From IMG/VR virus record IMGVR_UViG_3300035698_035310, positions 186,001 to 250,000 of that record: a stretch of DNA of 64,000 nucleotides. One strand, 5' to 3'. The position numbers and the translations under genes were made by a program. Below, one piece after another: positions 11,669-23,031 of the stretch. The notes beneath the pieces were generated by a model. That model did no database searches, was not told the DNA's origin, and saw only the letters and a program-made list of their open reading frames with translations. Every line of letters begins with the position of its first letter. Position 1 is the stretch's first letter.

Positions 11669-12748
11669 CTAATTCAAGTGAAATCTCTTCCAATGCCTCA
11701 AGGACAAGATACCGAATAATTGCGTCATCAGCCGTAGCCAACTCGCGAATAGACTTAATGATTGTGCTTTGTAATGCTTCAATATCATTCGTGTAATTAA
11801 TAGCCATAATAAATCCCTTCAATAAATTTATTTAATATAACAACAGTATAACACTTAATCAACAAGCGTCAAGCAAATCCTTATTTCAAAATAGGCGTTA
11901 ACTCAGCCCATTCGGCTTTTATTTCCGCGCCATCACTAAATCTAACATTATAAAACATTTTTTTACAATCATGTGATTGACCGCCAGCCCATTTATCAAT
12001 CAACCTAACTATTTCTTGTGTAGCAACATGTATTGCTTTATCGCCAGGATTGTATACATGCACATTCGTTGGTGAAGCCAAAGCACATGCTATATGATTG
12101 TCTCTAACAGAATCTGCTATTAATAATACAATAAACACAATTACAAATAGCACAATTATTTTTTCTTTCATAACATCATCCTTTTTTTATTCTTCCCACA
12201 TTAACTTAAATCCAACGATGTCACTTTCTTCTTCAAACCAAAATACAATGTTCTCAACATATTTAAATGTGGGATCAACTGTGAAATAGTAATACCAATC
12301 ACCCGCTAAATTATCATAACACCAATCGTGCATATCTACCGGAATGTTTAGAGGATAAGGAATAGAATACTTATTGCACCATCCCAATATTTTATCTATA
12401 CGAATAGGGTCTCTGTCTGATGATAAATCGCATATATATGAATAAGACAACGTTGTCAAGCAACAACCCTCCCAACAACAGCCAATGTTTTGACTTCCGT
12501 CATATAATGACCTCCCAACTGTAATATTGCAATAGTTCCTGACTGCTGTATGCGCCTTATGAAATACTTATGCCATACATATCTATTGTGACTGAAATCA
12601 CGCGGTCTTCTTAACGTGTTTAATATTACACCGAGATCTAAATCAGCATTGCGTATCTTGTAAAAACTACCAAACGTCGGAAATATACCACCTGCGTGAG
12701 TGTCAGTTCCAGATGATCGTTTTAATGTATCCGCCAGTATAACCATTT

Positions 12749-13228
12749 CTACCAACAAACCCAAATATTAATAACACCTTCGTTGCCATCATCGTCATCT
12801 TCGGCTAAGTGCTTGAATGTGTCGTGCCATACTTGCATGATTTCACGCTGCCAATCTTCTGTCTCTTCATCACAGCAATCCATCGATACACTAACCCAAT
12901 TATATGTATCATTGCGAAATCTACCTTCGTCATCGACGCAGTGTTTCATTTGCCAATGCCAAAAATCCATATATGGACGTTTCTTGAATTTATCATCGGC
13001 GCAATCTTTTTCATATTCTTTGAACCAAATCTGTGATGACCCACGATCCTTGCCATCTGAATCAATCTGTGGATAACCTTTCTTATCATGCCAATCATTG
13101 AAATCGCCAGTACCTGGAAAGAAATGCCGACCAGCATCACGTTGTTTATAACCAAGAATCTTATCTATTGCTCTCGTCATTTCCATAAAGTCATAAAACG
13201 TTACGGTTGTTTTGGTTATTTCAACCAT
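12749..13228 (-). CDS. hypothetical phage protein (start re-assigned to MVEITK)
   Basis: Trp/Asp-rich ORF (RPYMDFWHW). Confidence 0.6.
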   Translation of the reverse strand: MVEITKTTVTFYDFMEMTRAIDKILGYKQRDAGRHFFPGTGDFNDWHDKKGYPQIDSDGKDRGSSQIWFKEYEKDCADDKFKKRPYMDFWHWQMKHCVDDEGRFRNDTYNWVSVSMDCCDEETEDWQREIMQVWHDTFKHLAEDDDDGNEGVINIWVCW

Positions 13229-13831
13229 TAAAAAATACCCGTTTAAGTTTTGTGCGATAATTAGATAATTCACTCTGCACCAAATTTTCACTGGTTTGCG
13301 GATAAATGCCGTGCGCCGTTTGTGTGTATTCACCGCTGCGCACACATGCTAAAACTCGTTCACGCATATCAGGAAACGGCACTAAATCAACCCACGCCTT
13401 TGTGCCCGGTTTATAAAAGAACTTCAATTTTTCCATACTAATCTCCTATTTTAAATGTTTGGAACCAATCGCAATCAATACCGGCTTGTGTGCCGCCAAT
13501 AACGCTTTTATAATTGGTACATGCGGCACCTTCGGTAAATCAGGCACCAACCGCATTACTTCAAAATATGGTACGATTTTTCGCATAATAATTCCTTCCT
13601 ATAAGTGAACCTACAGTATAACACTTATTCAGGTTGAGTCAAGCACCGCGATATCCACATCATACATATGAACCATCTCGAACAACGATTCTTGTGAAAT
13701 TTTATGAAACTCAACTTTCTTGCTAAATTCATCCATCATAAAACCATACCACATAGATTTAAAATCATAATGTAACACAAACCGCAATCCATCATACCCA
13801 TCAAGAAATGTTATATTATAATCAATTACAT

Positions 13832-14233
13832 TCATGTCCACATCAATTTAATAGCCATACAATCTTCTATGCTATATGGCGCAGTCATTTCGTTATCAAG
13901 CAACCACGCCTCTACCTCATGGGTTGATAAATCAACACCACACAAATACCAAATTTCAGATATATCTTTACCTGATCTATAATTGTAGATCAGTGCAGGA
14001 CCATTCAATCTATGTAGTATACCATTATCGTGCCATGATACCCTAACGGCTTCACCATGACTATTAAATTCACATCGTGTGGGTGCACCAGAATCCCGAT
14101 GTAATTTACCATACTTATACCATTTACGCACCTCTGGTATTTTATTATTGCTATCTAGAAATTCTGTAATAATTTGATATTTTTTTGTAGGGTCCGCTTG
14201 ATGTTTTGGAAGCCTACCGCCAGAATCTCTCAT
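13832..14233 (-). CDS. HRxxGPA-repeat protein with xKLMW tail
   Basis: LHRDSGAP, LHRLNGPA; ends EDCMAIKLMWT. Confidence 0.7.
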   Translation of the reverse strand: MRDSGGRLPKHQADPTKKYQIITEFLDSNNKIPEVRKWYKYGKLHRDSGAPTRCEFNSHGEAVRVSWHDNGILHRLNGPALIYNYRSGKDISEIWYLCGVDLSTHEVEAWLLDNEMTAPYSIEDCMAIKLMWT

Positions 14234-16283
14234 TAACTATCCTTTTAACTTACCCAACGCCATTTCTACAAATAACTCCGCATCATCAAGAACTTTAAAC
14301 ACAAACACCGGATTGCTTGTCCATACATTACCCTTAACTATATCACCCGAATATGCACCCGATACCGGATATGCTAACTCTGCATATTCATCCGTGTAAA
14401 TCATATCAACACTATAATCAATTGAATAACTGTCACACCAATAAATCATATTATTTATCGCCGCATATTTGTCATCACCATAACAAAAAGAACAAATCGA
14501 TACAACATATCCACCATGTAATATATTAACAGCCTTCTTATATAGATTCTCATACCTGACATCATGTGCCAAATAACTTGTTATTATACTACTTCCATTC
14601 ATTTAAATAAACACTTAGCCATATCACTCATTAATTTCGCCCCCTATAACTACATCACTATTAACCATACCACTTAATGACACCTGTGACAAATCACTGA
14701 TACTTATAAAAAAATCAATACCAGCAAACGATGCATGATTATACGTCCAACCATTGGCATTATTATCAATAAATACTGTCAAATCGCCGACGGAGTTATA
14801 TTCACATATCTCAATCATGTGGCGTAGATTCTTTATATAATTTCATATATACATACTTCGTTAAACTGCGACAACTATATCCATCATGTATATAACCCTC
14901 GCTTTCCTTGATATACTCTAACATACCAGGCGATTCAATCTGCATGGAACCCAACAAGCCCATCTTATATAAATCCATTATTCTATTCGTATCCATAACA
15001 CCAACATAGCACAGTAAGGCACTTATTACAATATAAGCCATAGGTTTAAGGAAAATATTTCTATGGGTATCAGGCCACGGTTAAAATGTCCACACTTACG
15101 TCATCAATCGTATATATTTCAACCAATTTTTTCTGTGACATAACCCGCTTCAACACACGCAAAAATGATCCATGAAAATAAGTGACACCCAACATTTGAG
15201 TCTCATTATTTTCATCTATAAACATGAATTCATAAAATTTACTATTAAACGACGATCTCTTGTAACTGATGAACCGAACTACCGCCATGAAACACTTACC
15301 CCTTGAATGGTGTCTTAATGATCTCAATCGTGCGAATATATATCACAATAAGAACACTCCGCCTATCAGTAAAAACAATCCCAATACAACACCCATCATC
15401 CCTATAACAATCAAACACTTGGCTTTATCACTCATTCTTTGTCCCTCCGGCGTTTGATATCATCTTGAATTTCAACTTCTAATTCACGTATTCGTTCAAC
15501 ATAATAAGCATCAATGTTTCCCTTATATACCAAATGCTCAGTTATAACAACAGAACACACTTTCAAAATATCAGGAGGGAAATCTTTGTAATTCTTCCTT
15601 AACATAGATGACTTACTATGATCATGTTTATTAAAAAACAAACTTTTACAAAAATTTTGTTGGTTTGATTTAGGAAATATATCAGCGTTAGCAGTAGAAG
15701 AAAATACCACCACCATAAACACCACCGCCAGCAAACATACAATTATAAATATCCTGTGCCTCATCATCAAGATGTGCAATACGCTCCTTGATTAACAAAT
15801 CTATATCAATTACTAACTGTTTAGCTAATAATTCCGCCGCATCTATTTCATCATCTGTCATTAATTATCCCCTTATTGTGGTTCACCAAGAACCATAACC
15901 CCCACCACTACACAAACAAACAAAACTATCAACCAAAAACCCATATTAATTTCCTCATTTTTATTTCTTTTTTAGTTAAACCCACCGCAATTATAAATCG
16001 ATCTGTATATTAATCTGGTCTTGGTTTATCCGCATACGGCGAAATATCAATTCGAATTAACCCATCAGTAGCTACTACATGCTGAAATAAATAACCATCA
16101 GCCGTATACCGAGTTAATCGTTCTGGGGTAAATCCATCAACACGACGACAAAACCATGCCGTAGCAGCTACACATCCCATTCTTCGTTTTTTGGATTTCC
16201 ATTCCAATATTGCCTCATCTATGCACATATTAATTTCCTCCATATAATATCATAATAACACCATGGGACAGTTATGTCAAGAA

Positions 16284-16342
16284 TTATAGATTGGCTTAAA
16301 TCAGCCATTTCAATCGTGGTCTGCCGTGGGGAGGAGACGGTT
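16284..16342 (+). repeat. direct repeat DR1 (about 58 bp), left flank of the inverted gene block
   Basis: ttatagattggcttaaatcagccatttcaatc...ccgtggggaggagacggtt is highly similar to 17977-18034. Confidence 0.8.
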
Positions 16343-16391
16343 GACATCACCAATAACTGTGATATAATAATCTAAACAGTTGGAGACAGTT

Positions 16392-17390
16392 ATGACAGAA
16401 CATCAAATATATCAATTTCGTTCCGGCGAACCCCGTAAAGAAATATTTACCAATGAACAGTTTAAACACCATAGCATTGATGGCCCCTCTGTCATATATT
16501 ATGATAAAAATGGACTTATACGATATACTGAATGGTGGATCGATGGGAAACAATTGCATATTCAAGATTGGTGCGAACTTACTAATAACGATCCCCTACT
16601 TATGAAAGTGAAATACTCATGAACAGACCAGACAAATCAACACAATTCATAATATATTACAATAATGGCGATGGATCAAAAGATACCGACGTCATCGCTA
16701 ATATCGAATGGCGCAATCAACTCGGCGAACTCCATAATAGCAGCGGACCAGCAAAATTGCTACACAAAACAGACGGAACAGAATTTAGGAAACTTTGGTG
16801 CATCCACGGTGTCGCATTTAGTTTCAATGATTGGTGTAAAAAAACCAATAACTGTCCCACACTTATGATGATGATGTATACATGATAAAACCTATATTAA
16901 TATCACATTATTGCGATAACGGCATACTTAAATCAGAACGTTGGATGCGGGATGACAAATGCCACAATACAACCGGACCCGCTATAATTCGATATTATTC
17001 CAACGGTTTAATATATAATATTTGTTGGTATCTAAACGGAGAACAATGCGATATACATCATTGGTGTAGAAAAACCGGTAACGATCCCCTACTTATGAAA
17101 ATGATGTACTCATGACATCATTCAATAACGATGAAAAATATATGGTATTATATAATAAACCCATACGCGAAGCATCATATCATGATGAAACCGATATACT
17201 CAAATCAGAAATTTGGCGAGTTGGTGGACTGTTCCATAAAAATAACGGGCCAGCTATAATCCGATATTATACCGACGGATCAATATATAATGTAAATTGG
17301 TGCCTCAACGGCATTAAATTTGATTTAGAACTATGGTGCCGTAGAACCGATAACGATCCGTTGCTTATGAAAATGATGTATACAGCATAA
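16392..17390 (+). CDS. four tandem HRxxGPA-repeat paralogs (16392-16622, 16619-16885, 16882-17115, 17112-17390), opposite to the local strand
   Basis: H(S/N/K)xxGP(S/A) motif, tails WCxxTxNDPLLMKMMY, ATGA overlaps. Confidence 0.8.
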
Positions 17391-17976
17391 AAACAATTAT
17401 GCTATAATAAAACCATGATGCTAGATGACGAACAAAAACACATAATTCAACTATTCGACATGGGTATGCGTGCAACCATAGAATACTTATATCCACCATT
17501 AAAAGAAAACCCCCATCCACCAAAAAAAATTAGATAAATGGTATACAACAAATGAATGACATCGTAGATATTAAAACAGGAAAACCCGTGCTAGACGAAA
17601 TCAAGTCTAAAGCAGAAGCATCCAAAAAACGCGCAGCAGGAAAACATAACTTCTACGTGAAAGCACGTATCAGCACAGAAACTATTAAAGTATTAAAAGA
17701 AGCGTTGATGACCAGTTCAGTATGCGACGATAACGGTAACGCACTTATCCCATGGACTAAAGAATTAATTGATGAATTAACCAGTGGTGTCACCGACCCC
17801 GGACCTAAAAATAAAAACCGCGATTCTTAATATAAATCGCGCCCTATCCACGCAAATATCGCCGTAATCGACCAACGCAATACATAAAGACCACTATTAT
17901 TACTATACTAAAATCCATTATAATATCCTTTAATTGTTCCCACCAGTATACGACAGTAAGACAGTTATTGCAATAT

Positions 17977-18034
17977 TATAGATTGGCTTAAAACAGCCAT
18001 TCCAATCACATCTACCGTGGGGGGAGACAGTTAT
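17977..18034 (+). repeat. direct repeat DR2
   Basis: ttatagattggcttaaaacagccattccaatc...ccgtgggggagacagttat. Confidence 0.8.
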
Positions 18035-18776
18035 TTTTATTACCCTTTGACATATTGTCTTTAGCCCATAATGGCTGAAGATTTGTGTAATGCATCGCTT
18101 TATGCTGTTCATTTATATCCGATAAATCAAATGATGATAATGGAATAATATGATCTATATGCCAACCATCAGTAGCCCAGTTATCCCAAGACATCCCCAC
18201 CGTAAATTGATTCTCTAAATGTTCCTTTAATGTAGCAATGTCCGTTCCAATCAATTTTAACGCAGATTTAGTCTTCTTAACCCCGCTATTACGTAAATAC
18301 TTACCTAACGCATTTCTAAGATTAATACGCAGTTTAAAAAGTGGATCATTAGCATAGCGTTCCCTTCGAAGTTTATTCCGTATATCCCTTGTTTTACTAG
18401 CATATTTTTTGTCCCATCCAGACTTCAATTGTTTAAACTTTGAAGTTTTTGCGTAAGGAACCCTCCATATATCCCATGAACACTGCTTACAATACGTTTT
18501 TTTATCATAATGACACTTGCCAGAAAAATCACTCGGAAAACTATCTAAATCTTTTATAGTATCACATTTACGACATTTTCTCTTTCCTTCGCTTTGTAGT
18601 ATATGTAACTCTGATACATACTTTTTTTCTTCCATCAACTTTTCAGGGTCTTTGCTATTCTTTATACTTACACACTGCTTGCAACTTCCCCTTAAATATG
18701 AAGGATGATCCCGTATACCTGCTGATGCATAACTGTCTAATGATAATTCCCGATTGCATGTTTTACATTTTTTCAT
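18012..18776 (-). CDS. HNH homing-type endonuclease with N-terminal CxxC modules
   Basis: KKCKTC, RKCRKC; WHIDHIIPLSSFDL...HYTNLQPLWAKDNMSKGN; ATG directly after a TTGACA promoter. Confidence 0.85.
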   Translation of the reverse strand: MKKCKTCNRELSLDSYASAGIRDHPSYLRGSCKQCVSIKNSKDPEKLMEEKKYVSELHILQSEGKRKCRKCDTIKDLDSFPSDFSGKCHYDKKTYCKQCSWDIWRVPYAKTSKFKQLKSGWDKKYASKTRDIRNKLRRERYANDPLFKLRINLRNALGKYLRNSGVKKTKSALKLIGTDIATLKEHLENQFTVGMSWDNWATDGWHIDHIIPLSSFDLSDINEQHKAMHYTNLQPLWAKDNMSKGNKNNCLPPR

Positions 18777-18803
18777 TCGATTACAATAACACACTGGAGA
18801 CAG

Positions 18804-19151
18804 TTATGTCAATCGGTCTAGGGGCTGACAGTTATACAGCGATGGTATATTTTGTTCAGTGCGATTGCGTGATTTGTTATATGCAGTATCAAATTCTTTG
18901 ATTACTTGTTCTAATGACATATCACCAAAATTATACCATTCACCACGTACTTGTATATGCCTAAAATAAAAATGCATCCAACGCTCTGCCCACTTACGAG
19001 TATACGTGTTGTGGACTTTGGATATACTTAGTTTTTCTGGATTGCCTGTTTGTAATGTGCTTAATCTTTTAATAGATGATTTGGCTTCACCTATTTTATA
19101 TAAACTGGTGCTACCATTACGAATAAGATATACATCACCAAATGCGATCAT
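18804..19151 (-). CDS. GIY-YIG (T5orf172-like) endonuclease domain protein
   Basis: VYLI...YKIGEA...RLSTLQTGNP...E..MH..F...VRGEWY. Confidence 0.85.
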   Translation of the reverse strand: MIAFGDVYLIRNGSTSLYKIGEAKSSIKRLSTLQTGNPEKLSISKVHNTYTRKWAERWMHFYFRHIQVRGEWYNFGDMSLEQVIKEFDTAYNKSRNRTEQNIPSLYNCQPLDRLT

Positions 19152-19199
19152 TGGATATTCCTTCCAATCAATGTAGATACAGTATAACAGTTATTCAAA

Positions 19200-20510
19200 T
19201 TATGTCAATTGGTTTAGGGATAAATCAACTATTCTATTAACCATATTTTGTATATCAGAATCTATTACATGAAACAAATACTCGTTTTCTAAATCTACAT
19301 CTTTAGTTTTTTTAAGTAAGCCATCGTCAAAGGCTGATTGATTGCGCATAGATTTATAACCACCAACACGCTCACGCATGTCATCAATCAACCTAGTGGT
19401 ATCAAGGATACCATCTTCATAATATAGATTGATACCAAGATTATTCAAATATGTGTATATATCAACATCGATTGTTAACAAATCCATATAACCATCATAC
19501 TTACGCCAATGATAGTTAAGTTGACGGTTGAAGTATAAATCATACTTACCGCTATCAATATCATTATACACTTGTAATAAATCTTTATGTAAATCATTTA
19601 AATTACACGACGTTATTCTTTCAAATATATCTTTATCAAATGTATTATCATCCATATTATGCAATGGTGACATTTTATGATATATGGTGCATATAACATT
19701 ACCAGTACTACCATCAACAGATATATTATTGACATTGAAAAGAGGTGCACAATGTCTGTAATATGTCCGCAAATAAACAGTTATTTTATTGTCTTTGATT
19801 TCTATTCTAAAAAATGATGAAATTTTAAATAATTTACATAAATCATTATATATACATAGCATATCAGCCGACATATTGGTGAACAAAGCATTAGTAAGAT
19901 CAATGTCACACTTACGGATATAATTCCAAATGATTTGATTGTTATCTGATGTTAAATCATACACGGCTGTATATTTTTTATCAGTCATAATAAAAATAGA
20001 TGAATATAACCCATCGTTGTGGTTTAGGATGTTTTGTACATTTTTCATTATAGTAATAATTTTATTTGATACAATATCGCGTGCTTGATGTAATAATTTA
20101 TTATGTTTTCTAAATAGATCGCGTATACGAATGTATTCTATTTCTTCATTGGTTTTTTCTTTATAAGTCCACTTTCCTGTAATTTTATGTTTATGTAATG
20201 ATTTTTCCATGGCTATTCGTTCAGGTATGGATGCATTTAAAACTTTTTTAACAGCAATAGACAGCAATCCTGCATTAGACACATGAAACCATTCCTTTAC
20301 TTTGATATCTTCGATGTGAAAATGAGAAAGTTGTGACTGTATTGCTTTTTCTGTTATTAGTGCATCTTTTTCTGATCCAGTATATATTACTTTAAATGTG
20401 TCACCGGGACGATAATGATTATTACTTCTACTTTCTGGATTTGTGGTGATACCTGGAGTGACTTGTATTCCATTAGGATATTTTGTTTCATTGATGTATA
20501 CGTAATGCAT
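19200..20510 (-). CDS. protein with N-terminal GIY-YIG/T5orf172-like domain
   Basis: YVYI...PGITTNPESR...EKAIQ..L....VKEWF; C-terminal ~330 aa unassigned. Confidence 0.6.
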   Translation of the reverse strand: MHYVYINETKYPNGIQVTPGITTNPESRSNNHYRPGDTFKVIYTGSEKDALITEKAIQSQLSHFHIEDIKVKEWFHVSNAGLLSIAVKKVLNASIPERIAMEKSLHKHKITGKWTYKEKTNEEIEYIRIRDLFRKHNKLLHQARDIVSNKIITIMKNVQNILNHNDGLYSSIFIMTDKKYTAVYDLTSDNNQIIWNYIRKCDIDLTNALFTNMSADMLCIYNDLCKLFKISSFFRIEIKDNKITVYLRTYYRHCAPLFNVNNISVDGSTGNVICTIYHKMSPLHNMDDNTFDKDIFERITSCNLNDLHKDLLQVYNDIDSGKYDLYFNRQLNYHWRKYDGYMDLLTIDVDIYTYLNNLGINLYYEDGILDTTRLIDDMRERVGGYKSMRNQSAFDDGLLKKTKDVDLENEYLFHVIDSDIQNMVNRIVDLSLNQLT

Positions 20511-20991
20511 GCTATAACCCTTTTATTATTGTTGCAGTCTACAGTATAACACTTATTCAACCAGTGTCAAGTCAGGTTTGGGGGCGAAGTGTAGGGGAGG
20601 GTGGAGATCGTGAGACAGTTATTTGGATGACGTTTCTTTTGTCATCGGATATTCATGCGATAAATCAATAATTGATCCAGTATCGCCATCAGCCGTTATA
20701 TAGGTTATCATATAAACTTCTTCATTAGGTCTATGAACAACATCATATGGAATAATATCATCTACCGTGACAAATTGACGATCTTCACCAGTACCAACCA
20801 ATATCCTATCACCAGGTTTATATGGTGTATTAAATAACGATTCCATTAATCCATCAAAAAAATCATTCAACTCATTAGTTGACATATCCAGTAAACATTC
20901 ATTGCCATCTTCCATGGTGCATTCCTTTCATTGGTTTAATTACAGTATAACACCTTGGGACAATTATGTCAACGACCCACCAAATAAAAGA

Positions 20992-21101
20992 ATAAATACT
21001 ATTATAATAATGAATGTGTCGGGTTGTTTGCGCAACCCACGAAGTTCGAAGGATCGAAACTTCTAACACATTCAATAACTATTTATAGAAGGAATATCAC
21101 A
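20992..21101 (+). ncRNA. structured 5' leader (three-way junction) of the endonuclease gene
   Basis: P1 GAATGTGT 21012-19/ACACATTC 21066-73; P2 GGGTTG/CAACCC; P3 GAAGTTCGA/TCGAAACTTC; bounded by ATAAATA and TATTTATA. Confidence 0.6.
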
Positions 21102-22124
21102 ATGACTAATGCACTCACAACTGAAGATTTCATTCAACGTTCTATAGAAGCGCATAAGCCTTATCACGAACATTATGATTATAGCAAAGCGATCTATATC
21201 AAAACAACTAAAAAAATAACAATTACATGTAAGTTTCATGGCGACTTCGAAGTTATTGCTGCTACCCATCTAGGTGGTGCACATTGCAATAAGTGTAATA
21301 AAATGATTAATTCCATAATAAAAGAAGAAAATATTAGATTGCAAAAAATCGCTAACAATTATGAAATACAAGAAAAAGCAAAGGATTTCTACAACCGTGT
21401 TGATGAACGATTTGGTAGATTCAATTATAGTAAGAGTGTATTTGAAAATATGTCAACACCCATTATAATAAAATGCACTTGGCATGGCGAATTTGAACAA
21501 ACACCAAGTGTTCATTTAAGCCACCTTACAGGCTGTCCTGAGTGTAATCAGTTAGTTGCCAAGTGGCGTAACGATAGAACTACCCCAGCGTTCATTAAAA
21601 AGGCGAGAAAGGTGCATGGATGGCTATATGAATATGATAAAGTAGAATTTATTGATAATAAAACACCCATTACTATCATTTGCCCAGACCATGGTGTATT
21701 CAACCAAACACCATCGAATCACTTAAGGGGTGGAGGATGCCAAAAATGTGGCGGAAGGTTTGGGGCGAAAGAAACTGAATGGATAGAATATATGGAAGAA
21801 CGTATAGGTTATTCACTGGTCACCGACCACACTACCTTAAAGATGGCTGATGGCAAAGTATACTTCCCTGATGCATATGATCCTGACACTAAAACAGTAT
21901 ATGAATTCGATGGTGATTACTACCATGGCAATCCAAATAGATATGCACCTGATCAAACGAACTATACATCAAAGAAAACCATGGGTGAGCTATATGAAGC
22001 CACTCTCAAGAAAAAATCGGATTTAGAAACCAATGGCTATACTGTTTTGTCCATATGGGAAAGCGAATGGGATGCATTCAAGACGACTTTACCTGATAGA
22101 TTTCCTAATATCAAAGCAGCATAA
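21102..22124 (+). CDS. free-standing endonuclease: DUF723-like zinc-finger repeats plus a Vsr/PD-(D/E)xK-like catalytic domain
   Basis: Three YDYSK..Y.....I.I.C..HG.F.Q.P..HL.G..C..C repeats; PDAYD...YEFDGDYYHGNP...WE..W; GAAGGA RBS. Confidence 0.85.
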   Translation: MTNALTTEDFIQRSIEAHKPYHEHYDYSKAIYIKTTKKITITCKFHGDFEVIAATHLGGAHCNKCNKMINSIIKEENIRLQKIANNYEIQEKAKDFYNRVDERFGRFNYSKSVFENMSTPIIIKCTWHGEFEQTPSVHLSHLTGCPECNQLVAKWRNDRTTPAFIKKARKVHGWLYEYDKVEFIDNKTPITIICPDHGVFNQTPSNHLRGGGCQKCGGRFGAKETEWIEYMEERIGYSLVTDHTTLKMADGKVYFPDAYDPDTKTVYEFDGDYYHGNPNRYAPDQTNYTSKKTMGELYEATLKKKSDLETNGYTVLSIWESEWDAFKTTLPDRFPNIKAA

Positions 22125-22298
22125 AAAATAAGCCAAATAAAAAATTTATCGCGGACGAGAAGTCACCCTCATACCCGTACTGTAATAGTATAACGATCCT
22201 ATAAGTGTAAGGTAACAGCCACATGTGAATATATTCCTAGGAATTTTTTTCTATGTGTCATAGGAATATATACTCACGTATAAATTATAGGTAAAAAA

Positions 22299-22735
22299 TC
22301 ACAGTGTGACAGAATAAGTGCGCCAACTTTCATCACAGTGTGAATGAAACTGGAAAAATCATCACAGTGTGTGCATTTTGGAACACGTGTTTTGCTCACA
22401 GTGTGATATTTACCCTCACAGTGTGATTTTTTATCCTCACAGTGTGATATTTGGAACGCTTATCTGCTCACAGTGTGATATTTACCCTCACAGTGTGATT
22501 TTTTATCCTCACAGTGTGATATTTACCCTCACAGTGTGATATTTACCCTCACAGTGTGATTTTTTATCCTCACAGTGTGATATTTGGAACGCTTATCTGC
22601 TCACAGTGTGATTTTTTATCCTCACAGTGTGATATTTACCCTCACAGTGTGATTTTTTATCCTCACAGTGTGATATTTACCCTCACAGTGTGATTTTTTA
22701 TCCTCACAGTGTGATATTTGGAACACACACTGTGA
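22299..22735. repeat. array of 18 direct copies plus 1 inverted copy of the palindromic core TCACAGTGTG(A); candidate origin/iteron or protein-nucleation site
   Basis: Core starts at 22299, 22333, 22362, 22396, 22416, 22437, 22468, 22488, 22509, 22529, 22549, 22570, 22601, 22622, 22642, 22663, 22683, 22704; from 22396 onward spacings are 20/21/31 bp; located at the strand switch. Confidence 0.9.
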
Positions 22736-22857
22736 TGAATGTGAATTATTGAATAACTGTCTCCACCATGTTCCATAACTGTCTCCACACTAGATATAGT
22801 GGGTGTTAATGTGTAATATAGTTGCGCATTATAATTTCGTCATACACTCACAAAGTA

Positions 22858-22945
22858 GAACACTTATAGAACAAAGGTAGTTTTGAATTTTCCATAACAG
22901 ATGTTATGCGATTCTAACGGGGTAAACAGTGAACATAGGTGGAAC
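22858..22945 (+). promoter_or_regulatory. two alphaproteobacterial LexA-type boxes (GAAC-N7-GAAC)
   Basis: GAAC-ACTTATA-GAAC 22858-72; GAAC-ATAGGTG-GAAC 22931-45. Confidence 0.5.
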
Positions 22946-23031
22946 ATTTGTATCATACATAGTCCATATTGGTTTGATATGCATTATATATAATACATTG
23001 TCATAAGTGTTATACTGTGATATAATGTATC

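Noticed and set aside
22396-22714. CRP/FNR-type sites (TGTGA...TCACA)
   Set aside because: Spacing between TGTGA and the next TCACA is 9, 10 or 20 nt, not the 6 nt of CRP sites.
22299-22735. CRISPR array
   Set aside because: Linkers are mostly 9-20 nt and recur (about three types) instead of being unique 30-40-nt spacers; no cas genes in the window.
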